DNA from: Hydrolagus affinis
Taxonomy: Eukaryota
Length of the DNA stretch: 64,000 bases
Direction of reading: 5' to 3'
Assembly: GCA_012026655.1 (NCBI GenBank)
Contig: JAAILG010001607.1
Span: forward strand, 1-64,000
Below, piece after piece: positions 13,010 to 24,768 of this stretch. The position numbers and the translations under genes are program-made. The notes under the pieces were generated by a model. The model was given only the letters and a program-made list of their open reading frames with translations, was not told the DNA's origin and made no database searches. Positions within the stretch are counted from its first letter, which is position 1. Each line of letters starts with the position of its first letter.

Positions 13010-13205
13010 TCATAGGTGATTGGACTTTCAGCCTTTCTGCTCCATTCTCTGGAACTCCATTCCCACAGCCTCTTCAAGGTCCTTCTCAAAACATTCCTCT
13101 TTGACTGTGCTGGAGGTTGTACCACACAGTTGCCTGAATCCAACTCCCAGCTCGAGTGCAAACCCTTGACTGTTCAGTGGTTTCGAATAACATGTGACAA
13201 TGTTT
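13010..13205 (+). mobile_element. Degenerate L2 3' fragment
   Basis: CTTTCAGCC...CTCTGGAACTCCATTCC...TTCCTCTTTGAC...TGACTGTTCAG. Confidence 0.65.
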
Positions 13206-13252
13206 CTTCCCACCCCATCTCCAAGTTCTAATTTCATTCACTGTTATTGTTT

Positions 13253-13348
13253 AACAACAACAACTTGCATTCATATTGCACCTGTCACACGAGATAGTGA
13301 CGTGGAGCGCTTGACAGAGGCAGAGTCTGACCCTGAGCCAGGGAGAGA

Positions 13349-13383
<35 letters not shown>

Positions 13384-13700
13384 GGGTGAGGTGATTGTAA
13401 GCAGAATAATAAAGGAATTTTTATTATGGCGGGATTTGAAAGTGGGGAGGGAGGGGGTAATGTGGAGGGAGGGATATATCGAGGGAGTTCCAGAGCTTCT
13501 GGGTGTAGTGGCTGAATGCACGACCACCAACGGTGGAGTAGAGAGGGCGAGGGGTGAACATGAGGCCAGAGCTGGACGAGAAGAGGCAGCATGTGGTGAC
13601 GTGGGGTGTAAGCAAATCAGTGCTAGGGAGGTACGAGGGCATGAATGGATTTGAAATATGAGGGAAAGGATTTTGAAGTCAATCCATTTAACATGTCGGA
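13253..13700 (-). mobile_element. L2 3' fragment containing a (GA)n tract
   Basis: Translates to ...TVGGRAFSHYTQKLWNSL...; (TTG)n tail at ~13253. Confidence 0.85.
13343..13383. repeat. (GA)n microsatellite
   Basis: About 20 GA units with one interruption. Confidence 0.95.
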
Positions 13701-14593
13701 AGTGAAAAATTTTGGGAGTGATAATTGTTTTTGCAATAATAATCATTTTCGGGGATAGATCTTTTAGACACACGGTGAAATGTGTTCTTTGTCCTTTCAT
13801 AGAGAATACTCCTTCCATACTCTGCCGGAGGCTGTAAAGATGTCAAAGTTGCTGTCATTGTCTTCTTTAAATCGTAAAAGCTGAATATAGAGATGTTGTT
13901 TATGGTGTACCAAAAAAAGAATTGTGAAAAATTAATAAAGTGGTTTCATTGAGCGTGGCAGGATATGACCACCTCCACCGGATAACATATCATCGTGGCC
14001 TAGGGCAGGAAGTAGATTCAATAAAGCGCATTAAAGTAAACATTGTTTCCTACAGGGAAACGGTGCTTCCCAGCCTGAGGGGCTTTTTGGTAGCTGCAAT
14101 TCGGAACTGGACCATGGTATACCTCAATTCCACTCTGAGATTTGAGTTAAGCTGATATTTCAGAATAAAGCGATTCTGAAATTCATGTGGCATCAGGTTT
14201 AAAGCCACAACAGGCCAGCTCAATGACTTTCACAGCTTTCGTCCTAATCCATTCTCATGAAGGAGAGTAAGGGGGTGGACGCAAGTATTCGTAACCTTAT
14301 GTTATCAACAAGTGTCATTGTTATGGTACCCCTCGCATCCCAGAGGGCTTTATCAACAAGGACTACATCAAAAGCAGAAAGCCATATTGCCCGATGATAA
14401 ATAAACAACTTGCATTGACACAGCATCATTCATATTGGGAGAAACATCCAAAAGAGCTTTACAAAAGTTAGAGATCACAAGATTGGTTTGGATGAAGAAG
14501 GCCCTTTGGCCTCTCTGATTTTATTCTTTTAGAACAGCCTCTGAAGAAACTATGGTTGTTATATTGTTATACCTGTACTTTGTTATTACTTTA

Positions 14594-15222
14594 TGGTTCT
14601 GTCCTCGAATGGTTCAGATCCTACTCTCACAATGTCGCTATCGGCCCATCTCCAACCTCCCTTTCCTCTCCAAGGTCCTCGAAAGAGTGGTTGCCTCCCA
14701 GCTCCGCTCTTTCCTTTCAACCCACTCATTCTTTGAACCCCTCTGGTCAAGGTCACGAACGACAACCTGACCATCTGCGACCAGGGCTCCCTCTGCCTCC
14801 TCGTCCTCCTCGATCTATCCGTCGTCTTTGACACCATGGACTACACAATCCTCCTCCACCGCCTCTCCTCCCACCTCAACCTTCAAGGCTCTGTCCTTGA
14901 TTGGTTCTGGTCACACCTCTCACACCGTCTTCACTTTGTCTCCTCCAACGGCTTTTCCTCCAGCCCTCGCACAGTCACATGCGGCTTTCCCCAGGGCTCT
15001 GCCCTTGGTCCCCTCCTCTTCACCCTCTACATGCCTCTCCCTCAGTGACATCATCTGCACACTTGGGGTAAATTTCCTCATGTATGCAGATGACACCCAA
15101 CTCTACCTTTCCGCTTCCACCCTTGACCTCAGGACTATTGGTTTTCTGACTGCGTCATCGAGTCCTGGACGATAGACAACTTCCTCCAACTAAACGTCAA
15201 CAAGACTGAAGCCTTCCTTCTT
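14594..15222 (+). mobile_element. L2 RT-domain fragment, frameshifted
   Basis: Motifs YRPISNLPFLSKVLERVV, LLDLS..FDT, GFPQGSALGPLLFTLYM, YADDTQLY, FLQLN..KTE. Confidence 0.92.
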
Positions 15223-15366
15223 GATTGGAACAGAGATTAAGGTAGCAGAGTATATTTCTAAGCATTCTCTGATGTTAATCTGTGTGCCTTAGCCTTCAGC
15301 AGTCTGTTTATAATGTATTGTATTACTATTTACTAAACGCAAAAATACTCAATTGGGTCAAATTAC

Positions 15367-15465
15367 GCTGACCCGCTTTGAATGATACTGAAAGTGAACT
15401 GGAATGCCAATGCAACATGGTCTTGTTTGGCCCAAGTGACTGAACGGTTGCAGGATCCATCAGGT
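15367..15465 (-). other. Weak candidate 99-nt exon
   Basis: Acceptor tactattattag, donor AGC|gtaatt; open in two frames (e.g. LMDPATVQSLGPNKTMLHWHSSSLSVSFKAGQ). Confidence 0.2.
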
Positions 15466-16377
15466 CTAATAATAGTACACAAGCTCCACAGAAATGCAAT
15501 AGAAAGATTCACTGAGGAATTTCCTGTATCAGAAATGCAATTCAATTTTTTTTTAATGGTTATGAATGCACAGCAATAAAGCCGAGGAGCAATACACTTA
15601 GCAATATAACAGATATCTATCATCAGTGTATGTGGGTTAAAGCCATCAAATGTTCAGCTGTACACTCCTTCTAAGCATGAAAACAGAAACTAATTTCAAT
15701 CAGTATTGCAAGAAGTGAAAGTGGATTTTTTTTGCATTACCTTATACAAATGAGCTAGATTGGAGGTTTCTTCCGTCATTGTATTCACTGACTCTTATTG
15801 ACTTTTGTGAATGTTTTGTTACCCAAGAAGGACATTTTCTTTAATAATATTAAATCACTGGTTTCAGTGTGCAGTACTGCAGTCACCAGCAGTGAATCCG
15901 ATTACAATCATTGAAGGTTTTCGAGACTCAACATTAACAATGTTAATAAGCATTTCACGCGCATTACATATTCAGGACTTATTTCAGTCAGATTGCCTAA
16001 TAGTGTATTTTTTGTTTCTTTGTGTACAATAACTACGATGCCAGGAATAAAGTACTGTTAGGGTACCAGAGATATTGAATTGTGAATAGAGTGAAAAATC
16101 ACACTTTGCAGTTGTGTAGATCACATTGCTTATCTCCATGCTTTACGCTGAATCTGTTGATATGGAGAAAGCAACCTTCCATTCTTTAGAGATGGCAGCT
16201 CACACATAGGGAACCGCAGAGTACTGTTGAGTGGAAACGGAAAGAAGAGGATTAAGGATATTATATATTCCTCTTTTTTTTTCTCCATCCTTTTCCTTCT
16301 TTTCCTGACTTTCCCACACTATTTACAACTGCTGTACATAACTCAAGCTTTTGGTCTAATTGTTTCCTGTGTGTCAG

Positions 16378-16625
16378 TCTGGCTCGATTGATAGCATTCT
16401 TATCTATGAGTCAGAAGGTTATGTGTTGAAGCCCCCCTATTGGCACTTTGAAATGATAGTGTTTAGGTTGATATTCCAACGTCGTGCTCAGGATCCTGTA
16501 TTGCTGGAGAGCCATCGTTCAGATGAATCACTATCCGAGGTCCAGCCTTGTTTATATCCTGTGAATCACTTTGAATCATCCTCCTGATGTGAAAGGGAAC
16601 AAATCAAGTACAAGGACTATTGTTA
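16378..16625 (+). mobile_element. Old DeuSINE/SacSINE1-like SINE, internally deleted
   Basis: GGCTCGATTGATAGCATTCTT..TGAGTCAGAAGGTTATG head, then CATCGTTCAGATGA..CCGAGG as in 30390-30820. Confidence 0.55.
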
Positions 16626-16709
16626 TCATTGCTATTTATCATAAATAATAACAACTGCAAACGGTATTTTAGCATTCATGAAAAATTAGATATTTAGAAA
16701 TAAATAATT

Positions 16710-16852
16710 TGCACCCTCCATTCCACCATCGGTGGCTGTGCTTTCAGGCTCTTCCCGAAACTCTGGAACACTCTTCCTCTATCCCTGTGCCTTAGCGCTT
16801 CCTTCCTAGGTTGAGCGTAAAGACCTTCCTCTTCAATCGTGCCTATGGCCAC
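16710..16852 (+). mobile_element. L2 3' remnant
   Basis: CCACCATCGGTGGCTGTGCTTTCAG...CTCTGGAAC...ACCTTCCTCTTCAATCGTGCC. Confidence 0.7.
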
Positions 16853-17400
16853 TTCTATCGGGCGAGGTGTAGTGCTGAAAATTTCTAGAATTCTAAGGGT
16901 CTAATTCGCAGTATTCGCAAACCAGAATTGTTTTAATAATTGCAACTTCTGGTTTGCATTTTTGCTCAATCAGCAACTTACATCAAACCCAGTTTGCAAA
17001 TATTCTAAATAATACCATGTATAAATTTTGCTTATATTCTTCAGTTAAGTGGGAATATCAGCTAAATTAATGTCTCATACCAGAACTAGCTGCGTGTCTC
17101 CACCAGGGAACTCTTACAATGACCCATGAGATGGCAGCTCCTGGGATAGTGTAACATTCGATAGATTCCCTGCAAGTCTTCAATTTAAAACAAAGGTACT
17201 TTTTCTTTTATGATGAGTTACACATGATGTGTCATTTGACCTGAGAATTTTTTTTCAACCACTGTATGTTCCAGTGAATGTAGTAAACATAAACACAACC
17301 AATAATCCAATAATGCCGTATAATTCCGAGATGGGCCACAAGGTTGCTAAGATTATTTTTCAGATCATTAGTTTCTTTCATAAGAAGAATGAACTAATCT

Positions 17401-18645
17401 GCAACAACAAAACAAAGCAAAAATACATTTGTAAGCCCCTTTCACATTGGAAGGACATCCCAAGGGGCTGGACAGTGTGTCGGACTGAAGCTGATATTTG
17501 AGATTGTAGAGGGGTGTAGGGCAGTGGGGAGGGAAGGTCAAAGCACGGTCGAAGAGGAGGGGCAAGGGATTGGCAATGTGGAGGGATTGTGGGATGTAGA
17601 TCCAGAGGATGGGGGCAGAGGCTGAAAGCCTACCATCCATGGTAGGGTGGGTCGGGCGGGAGACATGGAGAAGGCTGGAACCTGCTGAGCAGAGGGAGTG
17701 GATAGATTGATAGGAAGTCAGCTCAGAGATGTAGGAGGGGCAAGGCCGTGGAGGGCCTGGAAAGTTAGAACCAGGATCTTCAACTGTATCCTTTGTGCAA
17801 TGGGAAACTAGTGGAGTCAGATGGGGGTAATTGGTTCATGGAGCCTTTTGCAGGAGAGGACACAAGCTACAAAGATGTGGTGATCTCCCGATTGTAGACG
17901 GAAGATTCGGGGAGACTGACAAGTGAGGTGTTTCACGAGCCGAACATTGAGGGGACGAACATGTGTGTGAGGGTTTCATTGCTATGAGGGATGAGCCAGT
18001 GGCAGAGTCGGGAAAAGTTGCAGAGGTGGAGGAAGGCAAAGTGGGTCATGGCATGGATATGGGGGAGAAAGGACATTTGAGGGTTGAATGAGACACCCAG
18101 GTTCCTGACTGTCTTGGTGAGGTGGAGTGTGCATCTGTGGATGCTGATGCTGCCAGTGCCTGAAGTGCGGAGGCGCTGGCGTGAGACAATCAGGAGTGCC
18201 TCTGTCTTGTTGAGATTCAGCTGTAGAAAGTTGTCTGTCATCCAGGACTTGATGTCTGCTAGGTCTGTCACGAAATTGGCATGACTGCAGATAACATGTG
18301 GTTAACATCCAAGGGGAACAAATGGAGGTTGAAGAGGCGGGGACTGAGGAGTGCGGAATCTGGAAGAGAAACCGTCGACAGAGACAAATTGGAGCCAATG
18401 TGAAAGATAAGACCAGAACCATTCAAGGACAGAATCTTGAAGGTTGAGATGAGAGCAGATGCGGTGGAGGGGAGTGAAGTGGTTCAGGGTAGCAGAGGGA
18501 GTCTTGCTGTGAGCAGCATGGAAATCCGATTGGAGGGGATCATGAAGAGAATTGTAGGCAAAGAATGAGCAAAGCTGGGAAGCAATGACACTTTCAAGGA
18601 CCTTGGAAAGAAAAGGGAGCTTGGAGATAGGCCAGTTCTGTAGTT
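17401..18645 (-). mobile_element. L2 LINE, ~1.25 kb, internally deleted
   Basis: LADIKSWMTDNFLQLNLNKTEALL...VRNLGVSFN..SFLPHI motifs and a type A 3' end. Confidence 0.9.
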
Positions 18646-18816
18646 AAAAAAAATGCTCACCGGGGAAATGATAGAGCTTGTTAGTTGCACAGCAGTTAAG
18701 GGAAATACAGGCTAAGGGGACAATTCTCTATTTTCGTCTCTGAATCAAAAATGGAGCTAGTTGGCTCAGATGGCAAGTTTAGGAAATTGGGATGAAGAAA
18801 ACAATCCCTTTGTTAT

Positions 18817-19195
18817 GTTACAACAACAACAATAAAATTACACTTGTAGAGCGCCTTTCACGTCAGGAGGACGTCCTGAGGCATTGAACAGTTAGTTTGG
18901 GACCCGACCAGGGGGGAGGGTCAGGGTCGGAGGAAAGGGAAGGAGAGTAGGGGAGGGGAAAGAGCTAAGAGGGGAGGTGACGGCGCGGTCAAAGAGGAAG
19001 GTCTTGAGACCGGCCTTGAAGGAAGAAAGGGAGGAAGCGAGGCGGGGGTGGGGGGGGCTGCGGGATGGAGTTCCATATTGTGGGAGCAGAGGGCCACCGA
19101 TGGTTGCGCGGTGTGGGCGGTGGACGTGGAGCAAGCCAGAGTCTGCTGAACAGAGGAAACGGATAGGCTGATAGGGAGACAGCAGGTTGGAGAGT
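18817..19195 (-). mobile_element. L2 3' fragment, type A end
   Basis: SFKAGLKTFLFDRA; end GGACGTCCTCCTGACGTGAAAGGCGCTCTACAAGTGTAATTT plus (TTG)n. Confidence 0.9.
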
Positions 19196-19597
19196 CAATG
19201 TTTTACCCTACTCTTAAAAGTAAACCATAATTTGCTGACCGATTCTTTGAGACATGGTTTGGGAAGTTTTTAATTGACTTGCTGGGAATGCATGTCTTTT
19301 GCTTCCTTGCCAGATATTGGACTAAAATTAACTTTACCTCTCATATGTTAAGATTGACAAACTGTAGCCAATAAGGTGATTTCACACTGAAAATGAAAAG
19401 TGGTCAAAATAATTCTGAGAAGCCTGAGGGAGAGGCCGTTCTCTGAAAGTGTGTGTGTGAGTGTGGGGGGAGTTGGATGGTCACTCCGAAACTGAACATT
19501 AAAATCAGTCATTAAAGGTTCAGTCATTAAACTTTTTAAAGTCTGTCTTAAAAGACTGGCTAAAATAATGTTGTTTCAAATCAAATAATCTAATCTC

Positions 19598-19990
19598 ACA
19601 TGCAAAGCCCTCCATGGCCTTGCCCCCACTGTGTCCTCCAAACCCCGTACCAACCTGCCCGCCACCTCCACTCAGCAGGCTCTGGCCTGTCCCACGTCCC
19701 GTGACTCACCCATCCCACCATTGGTGGGCAAGCCTTCAGCCACTCGGCCCCCAACCTCTGGAATTCCATCCCGTAATCCCTCCGCTTCGCCGTCTCCCTG
19801 GCCTCCATCAAGTCCCGCCTCAAGTCCCTCCTCTTCAATGGTCCCATCAGTCACCCTCAATCCCCCACTTTCCCTCCATCCTCCCTGTCCTCAATCCCAG
19901 GTCTGGTCTGAAACAATGACTGTCCAGCGCCTTGGGATGTCCTCCTGACGTGAAAGGTGATATACAAGTGTAATTTTGTTCTTGCTGTTG
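19598..19990 (+). mobile_element. L2 3' fragment, type A end
   Basis: TGACTGTCCAGCGCCTTGGGATGTCCTCCTGACGTGAAAGG..ACAAGTGTAATTTTGTT. Confidence 0.9.
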
Positions 19991-20674
19991 TAATTAAGAA
20001 GTTACTGAAATATAGGTTAAAAATGGGGGATGACAATATGATGCAATATGGTGACAGCAATTGTGACTTTGCAGAAACGTGCAAATTTCGTATCAATCAC
20101 CGTCAAGCAGGAAAATCAGACAGAATTTAAGCAGCACAGTGCTCCAGTCAAAATTAATTATAGATATGGCTTACATAGATACCAACTACATGACTTCTAA
20201 CATTATACTACCTGCTGCTTGACTGGGGAAGTGTCCCCATCCTCATCAATGTTATACTGCCTACTGTGTTTTTAACCTTCCGCCAAAGAAGGTTTCACAT
20301 GCCGTATCACAACAGCATAGTTGATTAAGAGATTAATTTACCAATGCTGTCATTAAAACTAATTAAGTATAATCATTTCTGTTCTGAATCTGGGCAGCGT
20401 AGAGTATCCTGCAGTGGCAAAGCAGCAAATGCAGTTTTCCTCAAAATACAGTCACTACATGTCACTACACTTAGAGTGAAGTCCTGCAAGGTGCCTTGAT
20501 TTGAAGGCTTGATTATGTGCCATATAAAATGCAATGATTGTTATTGTTGTTATTATTATTTTTATGATTGTTTCAAGCTGTTGAATGGGAAGAGGAGCTT
20601 TTGCCTTGGATGTTCTCCTGAGTGTAATTCAGTTGGACTTCTAATTTTATCTTTCCCAGTATCTGCACTTCGTA

Positions 20675-20800
20675 GCCATCAATGGTTTCTCCTCTACCCC
20701 AGCATCCCTTAGAGCTCTGTCCTTGGTTCCCCACTTCTACAATCTATACATGTTACCACTCAGCGATGTCACTCGTAGGCATGGGGTGAATTTCCACATG
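20675..20800 (+). mobile_element. L2 RT remnant
   Basis: SVLG..LYMLPLSDVTRRHGVNFHM-like translation. Confidence 0.7.
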
Positions 20801-21030
20801 GGAACACTCAGCAGGTCAGGCAGCATCTATGCAGAAAGGAAAAATGAGTCAACCTTTCAGGTCCATGAGCGTTCGTCAGAACTGGGGCATGTTGGAAGGG
20901 AGAGGATTTTACGGATTAACAGAAAGGGAGAGGCAGATTAAGAAAGACGAGGGAGAGAATGTGGTAGAGGGCAGGAGATGATGGGTTAAAGAGGTGGTAA
21001 TGTTGTGAAACAAAAGGGGGAATTGCAACA
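20800..21030 (-). mobile_element. Penelope-like element fragment with a degenerate hammerhead core
   Basis: Plus strand ACTCAGCAGGTCAGGCAGCATCT...TTTCAGGTC..TCGTCAGAACTG; minus strand carries CTGACGA...GAAA. Confidence 0.55.
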
Positions 21031-21179
21031 AAACTGGAGAGAAAACAGGTGTTAATCAAGTTAAAACCAAACAGGGTGAAATTGCCAAAGAACTTGCAGA
21101 GATCCCTCTCAACACAGCCTTCTGGGGTAGAAAATTCCATAAACTCACTAACCTCTGAGTGAAGAAATGTTACCTCTCA

Positions 21180-21910
21180 ACTCTGTTGTCTTGTTCGATC
21201 CTCAACAGTCTTTCCTCCCCCTCATCCAAGCAATGACTCACTCTGCCTTCATTCACAACAAACAACAACAACTTGGATTTATATAACGCCCACCCAATGC
21301 TGGGCGGTGTCTCAGAGCGATCTGGAATATTGCCCAACTCCGCCATTACTTTATCCCCAGGGCTGCTGAAACCCTCATTCATACCTTCATTACATCCCAG
21401 CTTAACGACGCAACCGCCCTGCTTGTCAGCCTTCCCAAATCCTCCCTCCACAGGTTGCAGATACTCCAGAACTCTGAGGCCCATGTCCTCTACCGCTCCA
21501 AGCTCCATGACCCCATCTCCCCCATCCTCGTCTGACTCCATTAGCTACCTATCACCCAAAGGATCCAGTTCAAGATCCAATCTTCACATTCAAAGTCCTC
21601 CAAGGCTTCACCCAACCCTACATCTGCCATCTCCTAACCCACTACCAACCGGCCTGCCCCCCTCCGCTCAGCCTGCTCCATGTCACCTGACCCACCCACC
21701 CCACCATTGATGGGTGAGCCTTTAGCCACTCTGCCCCCAACCTCTGGAACTCATCCCAGAGTCCCTCCTCCTTGCCCCCTCCCTGTCCTCGTTCAAGTCC
21801 CACCTCAAGACCCTCTCTTTGATGATCCAATTGGTTATCCAAATCATCCCCCTTTCCCTCGATCCTCCCCGTTCCCAACCCCAATGAGGGTCTGAAACAA
21901 TGACTGCCCA
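21180..21910 (+). mobile_element. L2 3' fragment, interrupted by an opposite-strand type B tail (~21255-21325)
   Basis: ETLIHTFITS..L..LP..SLHRLQILQNS motif, ends at AATGACTGCCCA. Confidence 0.8.
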
Positions 21911-21939
21911 ATTGAGTCAACAAGAACAATGTTTTGCAA

Positions 21940-22147
21940 ATTTTTAAACTGTGGGCAACTTTCTTTACTCTATCCTCCTGATAATAATACCTCCAAAAAA
22001 ATTGTTTGTGAGACACAGCTGTGCACAATTGGCTGCTGCATTTCGCCCACATATATACAGTCAATTCACTTTACCGTATATTATGTGAAACACTTTGAGA
22101 CGTCCAGAAGATGTGAAAAGCACTATATCAAATGCAAGGATTATTAA
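21940..22147 (+). mobile_element. tRNA-derived SINE, 3' part
   Basis: Body CTGTGCACAATTGGCTGC and tail GAGACGTCCAGAAGATGTGAAAAG..AAATGCAAGGATTATTA. Confidence 0.85.
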
Positions 22148-22232
22148 TTATTATGTATGCATAGGTGAACATGGTAGCCAATTTTCACACGGAAATTTCT
22201 CACAAACTGCCGTGAAGTGAATGATCAATTGT

Positions 22233-22536
22233 TGAGTTCTGTAGCTCAGTGTTTAGAGCATTCGTCTTACAAACCGGAGACCTGGATTCAATTCCAGGCA
22301 GGGCAAAACCCTGGGCAAGTTTCCTTCCTTCACACGCCTAATAACAATTCCTCAAAAAAAAAGCAATAATAAATTGGTCATTTCAATCTGCGACTGTTTG
22401 CGGCAAACTGCTGCGTGCAATTGGCTGCCGCATTTCGTCTACAGTTAATTTACTTTACAGTATATTCCGTAAAATGCTTCGAAACATCTAGAAGATGTGA
22501 AAAGCGCTACATCAATCGCAAGGATTATTATTATTG
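22233..22536 (+). mobile_element. Young tRNA-derived SINE, full length
   Basis: A box, B box, body, stem-loop and (TTA)n tail all present. Confidence 0.92.
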
Positions 22537-22549
22537 TATTTAGTGGATG

Positions 22550-22780
22550 ATCAGAGCACTCCTTTTGAAAAGAGCCATAGACTCTATTGATATCCATCTG
22601 AATAGGTAGATGAGAGCTTGTTTCATTCCATTTCAGTGAATGGAACCTTCAATGGTGCAGCATTCTTCAGCAATGCATTGGAGTCAGACAAGACTGTGAA
22701 TTAAAAGTCTCAGCTTTGGGCATGAACCCACAAGTTTCTGACTCAGAGTCAAGATCATAACAACTAAGGCAGGCTGACAC
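22550..22780 (-). mobile_element. Old DeuSINE/SacSINE1-like SINE, 5' part
   Basis: GAACCCACAAGTTTCTGACTCAGAG is the reverse complement of the tRNA-like head. Confidence 0.55.
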
Positions 22781-23574
22781 GTAATATGGATAATGTCATC
22801 CAAGTCAAGGCAGGATGTGAGTGTGAAAGGTACAAAATAGAAGAAGAAGAAAGAGCTGCCAGAAACTAATAAAATGACAAGAGCAGGATTGAAGAGCTGA
22901 ATGAACTAAATTGAAAGAAAAAAAATACAATAATAAAGGGAAAATAGGATACAGGAAAATATTATATCTGAGCTTGTTGGTTACAGATACTGATTGTACC
23001 ATTGATGAAGACCAGAACATAGCTACTTTCAGGTCTCTGTGAGTCCTGCTCATGTTGTACAGTGCTGTTCAGATTGCACCTAAGGTATTGCATGTAGCTC
23101 CGCACGTGACATTGACTCACTCGAAATTTTGCACCAAAGTAGATTGTTTCTGTTTCCATGAGTCACTGTGACCTATTTCCAGTTTTCTTAAGGAATCGCA
23201 TTAGAAATGATCATGCATTAGTCCCCATCGAATACAATGATGGAAAACTCACCGAAAGCATTCAAAATGGCCAGACTACTATGGTAACCCAGTGTGTAAA
23301 GTACTCACTTGTCAAATTGCATTTAGCTTTATATGTTTCCCCCAGTTCTCTCTGGATTCAACACAAATGTTTTGATAGGTAAGCCTAAAAGTTGATCATT
23401 CAAATCACTTTTCAACCTTTCCTTCATGGCCATAACATGTGAGATGGATCATTGCACAAGTACATTTGTTGCCTGTAGTGAGACAATACTGGGGACCGTG
23501 TTTTAACCACACAAAATGTTATTTCTGTCCCTGACATGACGGCTTTTATGAGGATGATAAATTGAGCAAGATTT

Positions 23575-23760
23575 GGTCAGTTCAATCCACGACTGTTGGT
23601 GGGACACTGCTCTGCGCAATTGGCTGCCACGTTTCTCCCACAAAATATACAATCAATTTACTTCACAGCATATTCTGTTGTGAGACGTCTTTGAGAAGCG
23701 CTTTGAGACGTCTAGAAGATGTGAAAAGCGCTATATCAAACGCAAGGGTTATTATTAATA
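23575..23760 (+). mobile_element. tRNA-derived SINE, 3' part
   Basis: Well-preserved tail AAGCGCTTTGAGACGTCTAGAAGATGTGAAAAGCGCT. Confidence 0.88.
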
Positions 23761-24742
23761 TTTATGATTTGTGTAATGAAGCGTCAGCCACGACATAGTG
23801 TTATGTGTATGTGACGCCCTATATTGTCTCCACGAGGTCCTCTTCCCACGTTTCTATAGAATGAATTGGGAAACAATTAGTCACGCAGTTGACCCTGGGT
23901 GGTTGATTTAAAAGCATAGGTTGTGACATCTCGCAAATAACAAATCATCCACATGTTCATAGAATGTGTCCCTTTTTTCTGTACAGGGGAGGCAAACATA
24001 TTCCATGAAGCTGTGCAGTCAAACACAGCCAGGACACTTGGAAAGCAGCTAGGGTAACTCACCTTTATCGAGTGGCTACATGCCGCTCCTCACCTTTCAA
24101 GCACTAGATGCATTTGGAAACCTTCATTAGTAGTGCATCTGTGAGCTCCTAGAGGCAGTCAGCGTAATGCACTGAGATGCCTGTCTGCATAATCTCTCCC
24201 TCGATTCTGGAAACAGCCAGTGGCATTGAAATTCAGGGCTTCACTGACCTTCACAAGTATAGGTAACATAGTGGCAATCACACAGCGTGATACCAGGGCT
24301 GTGTGCAACTGATGACATATGTGAGTGAACACATCTCTGCTGAGGCAAAAACAACACAGGCACAGCTGTTCTGTCAATGCCAAATAGTTTCATTTATGCC
24401 GGTAGATTTTTCAGAAGAAATGAAGCCTCTTTTTCCAGATACTCTTTCTCCTTCTGCTATTTCATTCTGCAACTATAAGCCAGCTGCTGCCACAATAAAT
24501 ACTCCATTGAAACACAAGACGTTATTCTGTACTTTGCGGGAAATGTTCTGAGAGCATTTTGATTACAAGTTGAAGCAGATTATTTGTGCTCCTTTGAAAT
24601 TTGTTTGAAGAGAGGCTTTCACAAGTTCCTGCAGTGGCTGAGTTGATGAAGGCACCATCCGGTGTGAAAAGTGAGCAGTACAGAGTTAGAAGGTCTTAAC
24701 GTTTATCCCAACCAGGGTAATGGGAGTGTGAGTGAGTGAACA

Positions 24743-24768
24743 AGGGAGGGAGGGAGGGAGGGAGGGAG
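24743..24768. repeat. (GGGA)n microsatellite
   Basis: About six GGGA units. Confidence 0.9.

Noticed and set aside
13285-13818. Longest ORF in the track (177 aa)
   Set aside because: Off-frame reading through an L2 remnant and a (TC)n microsatellite.
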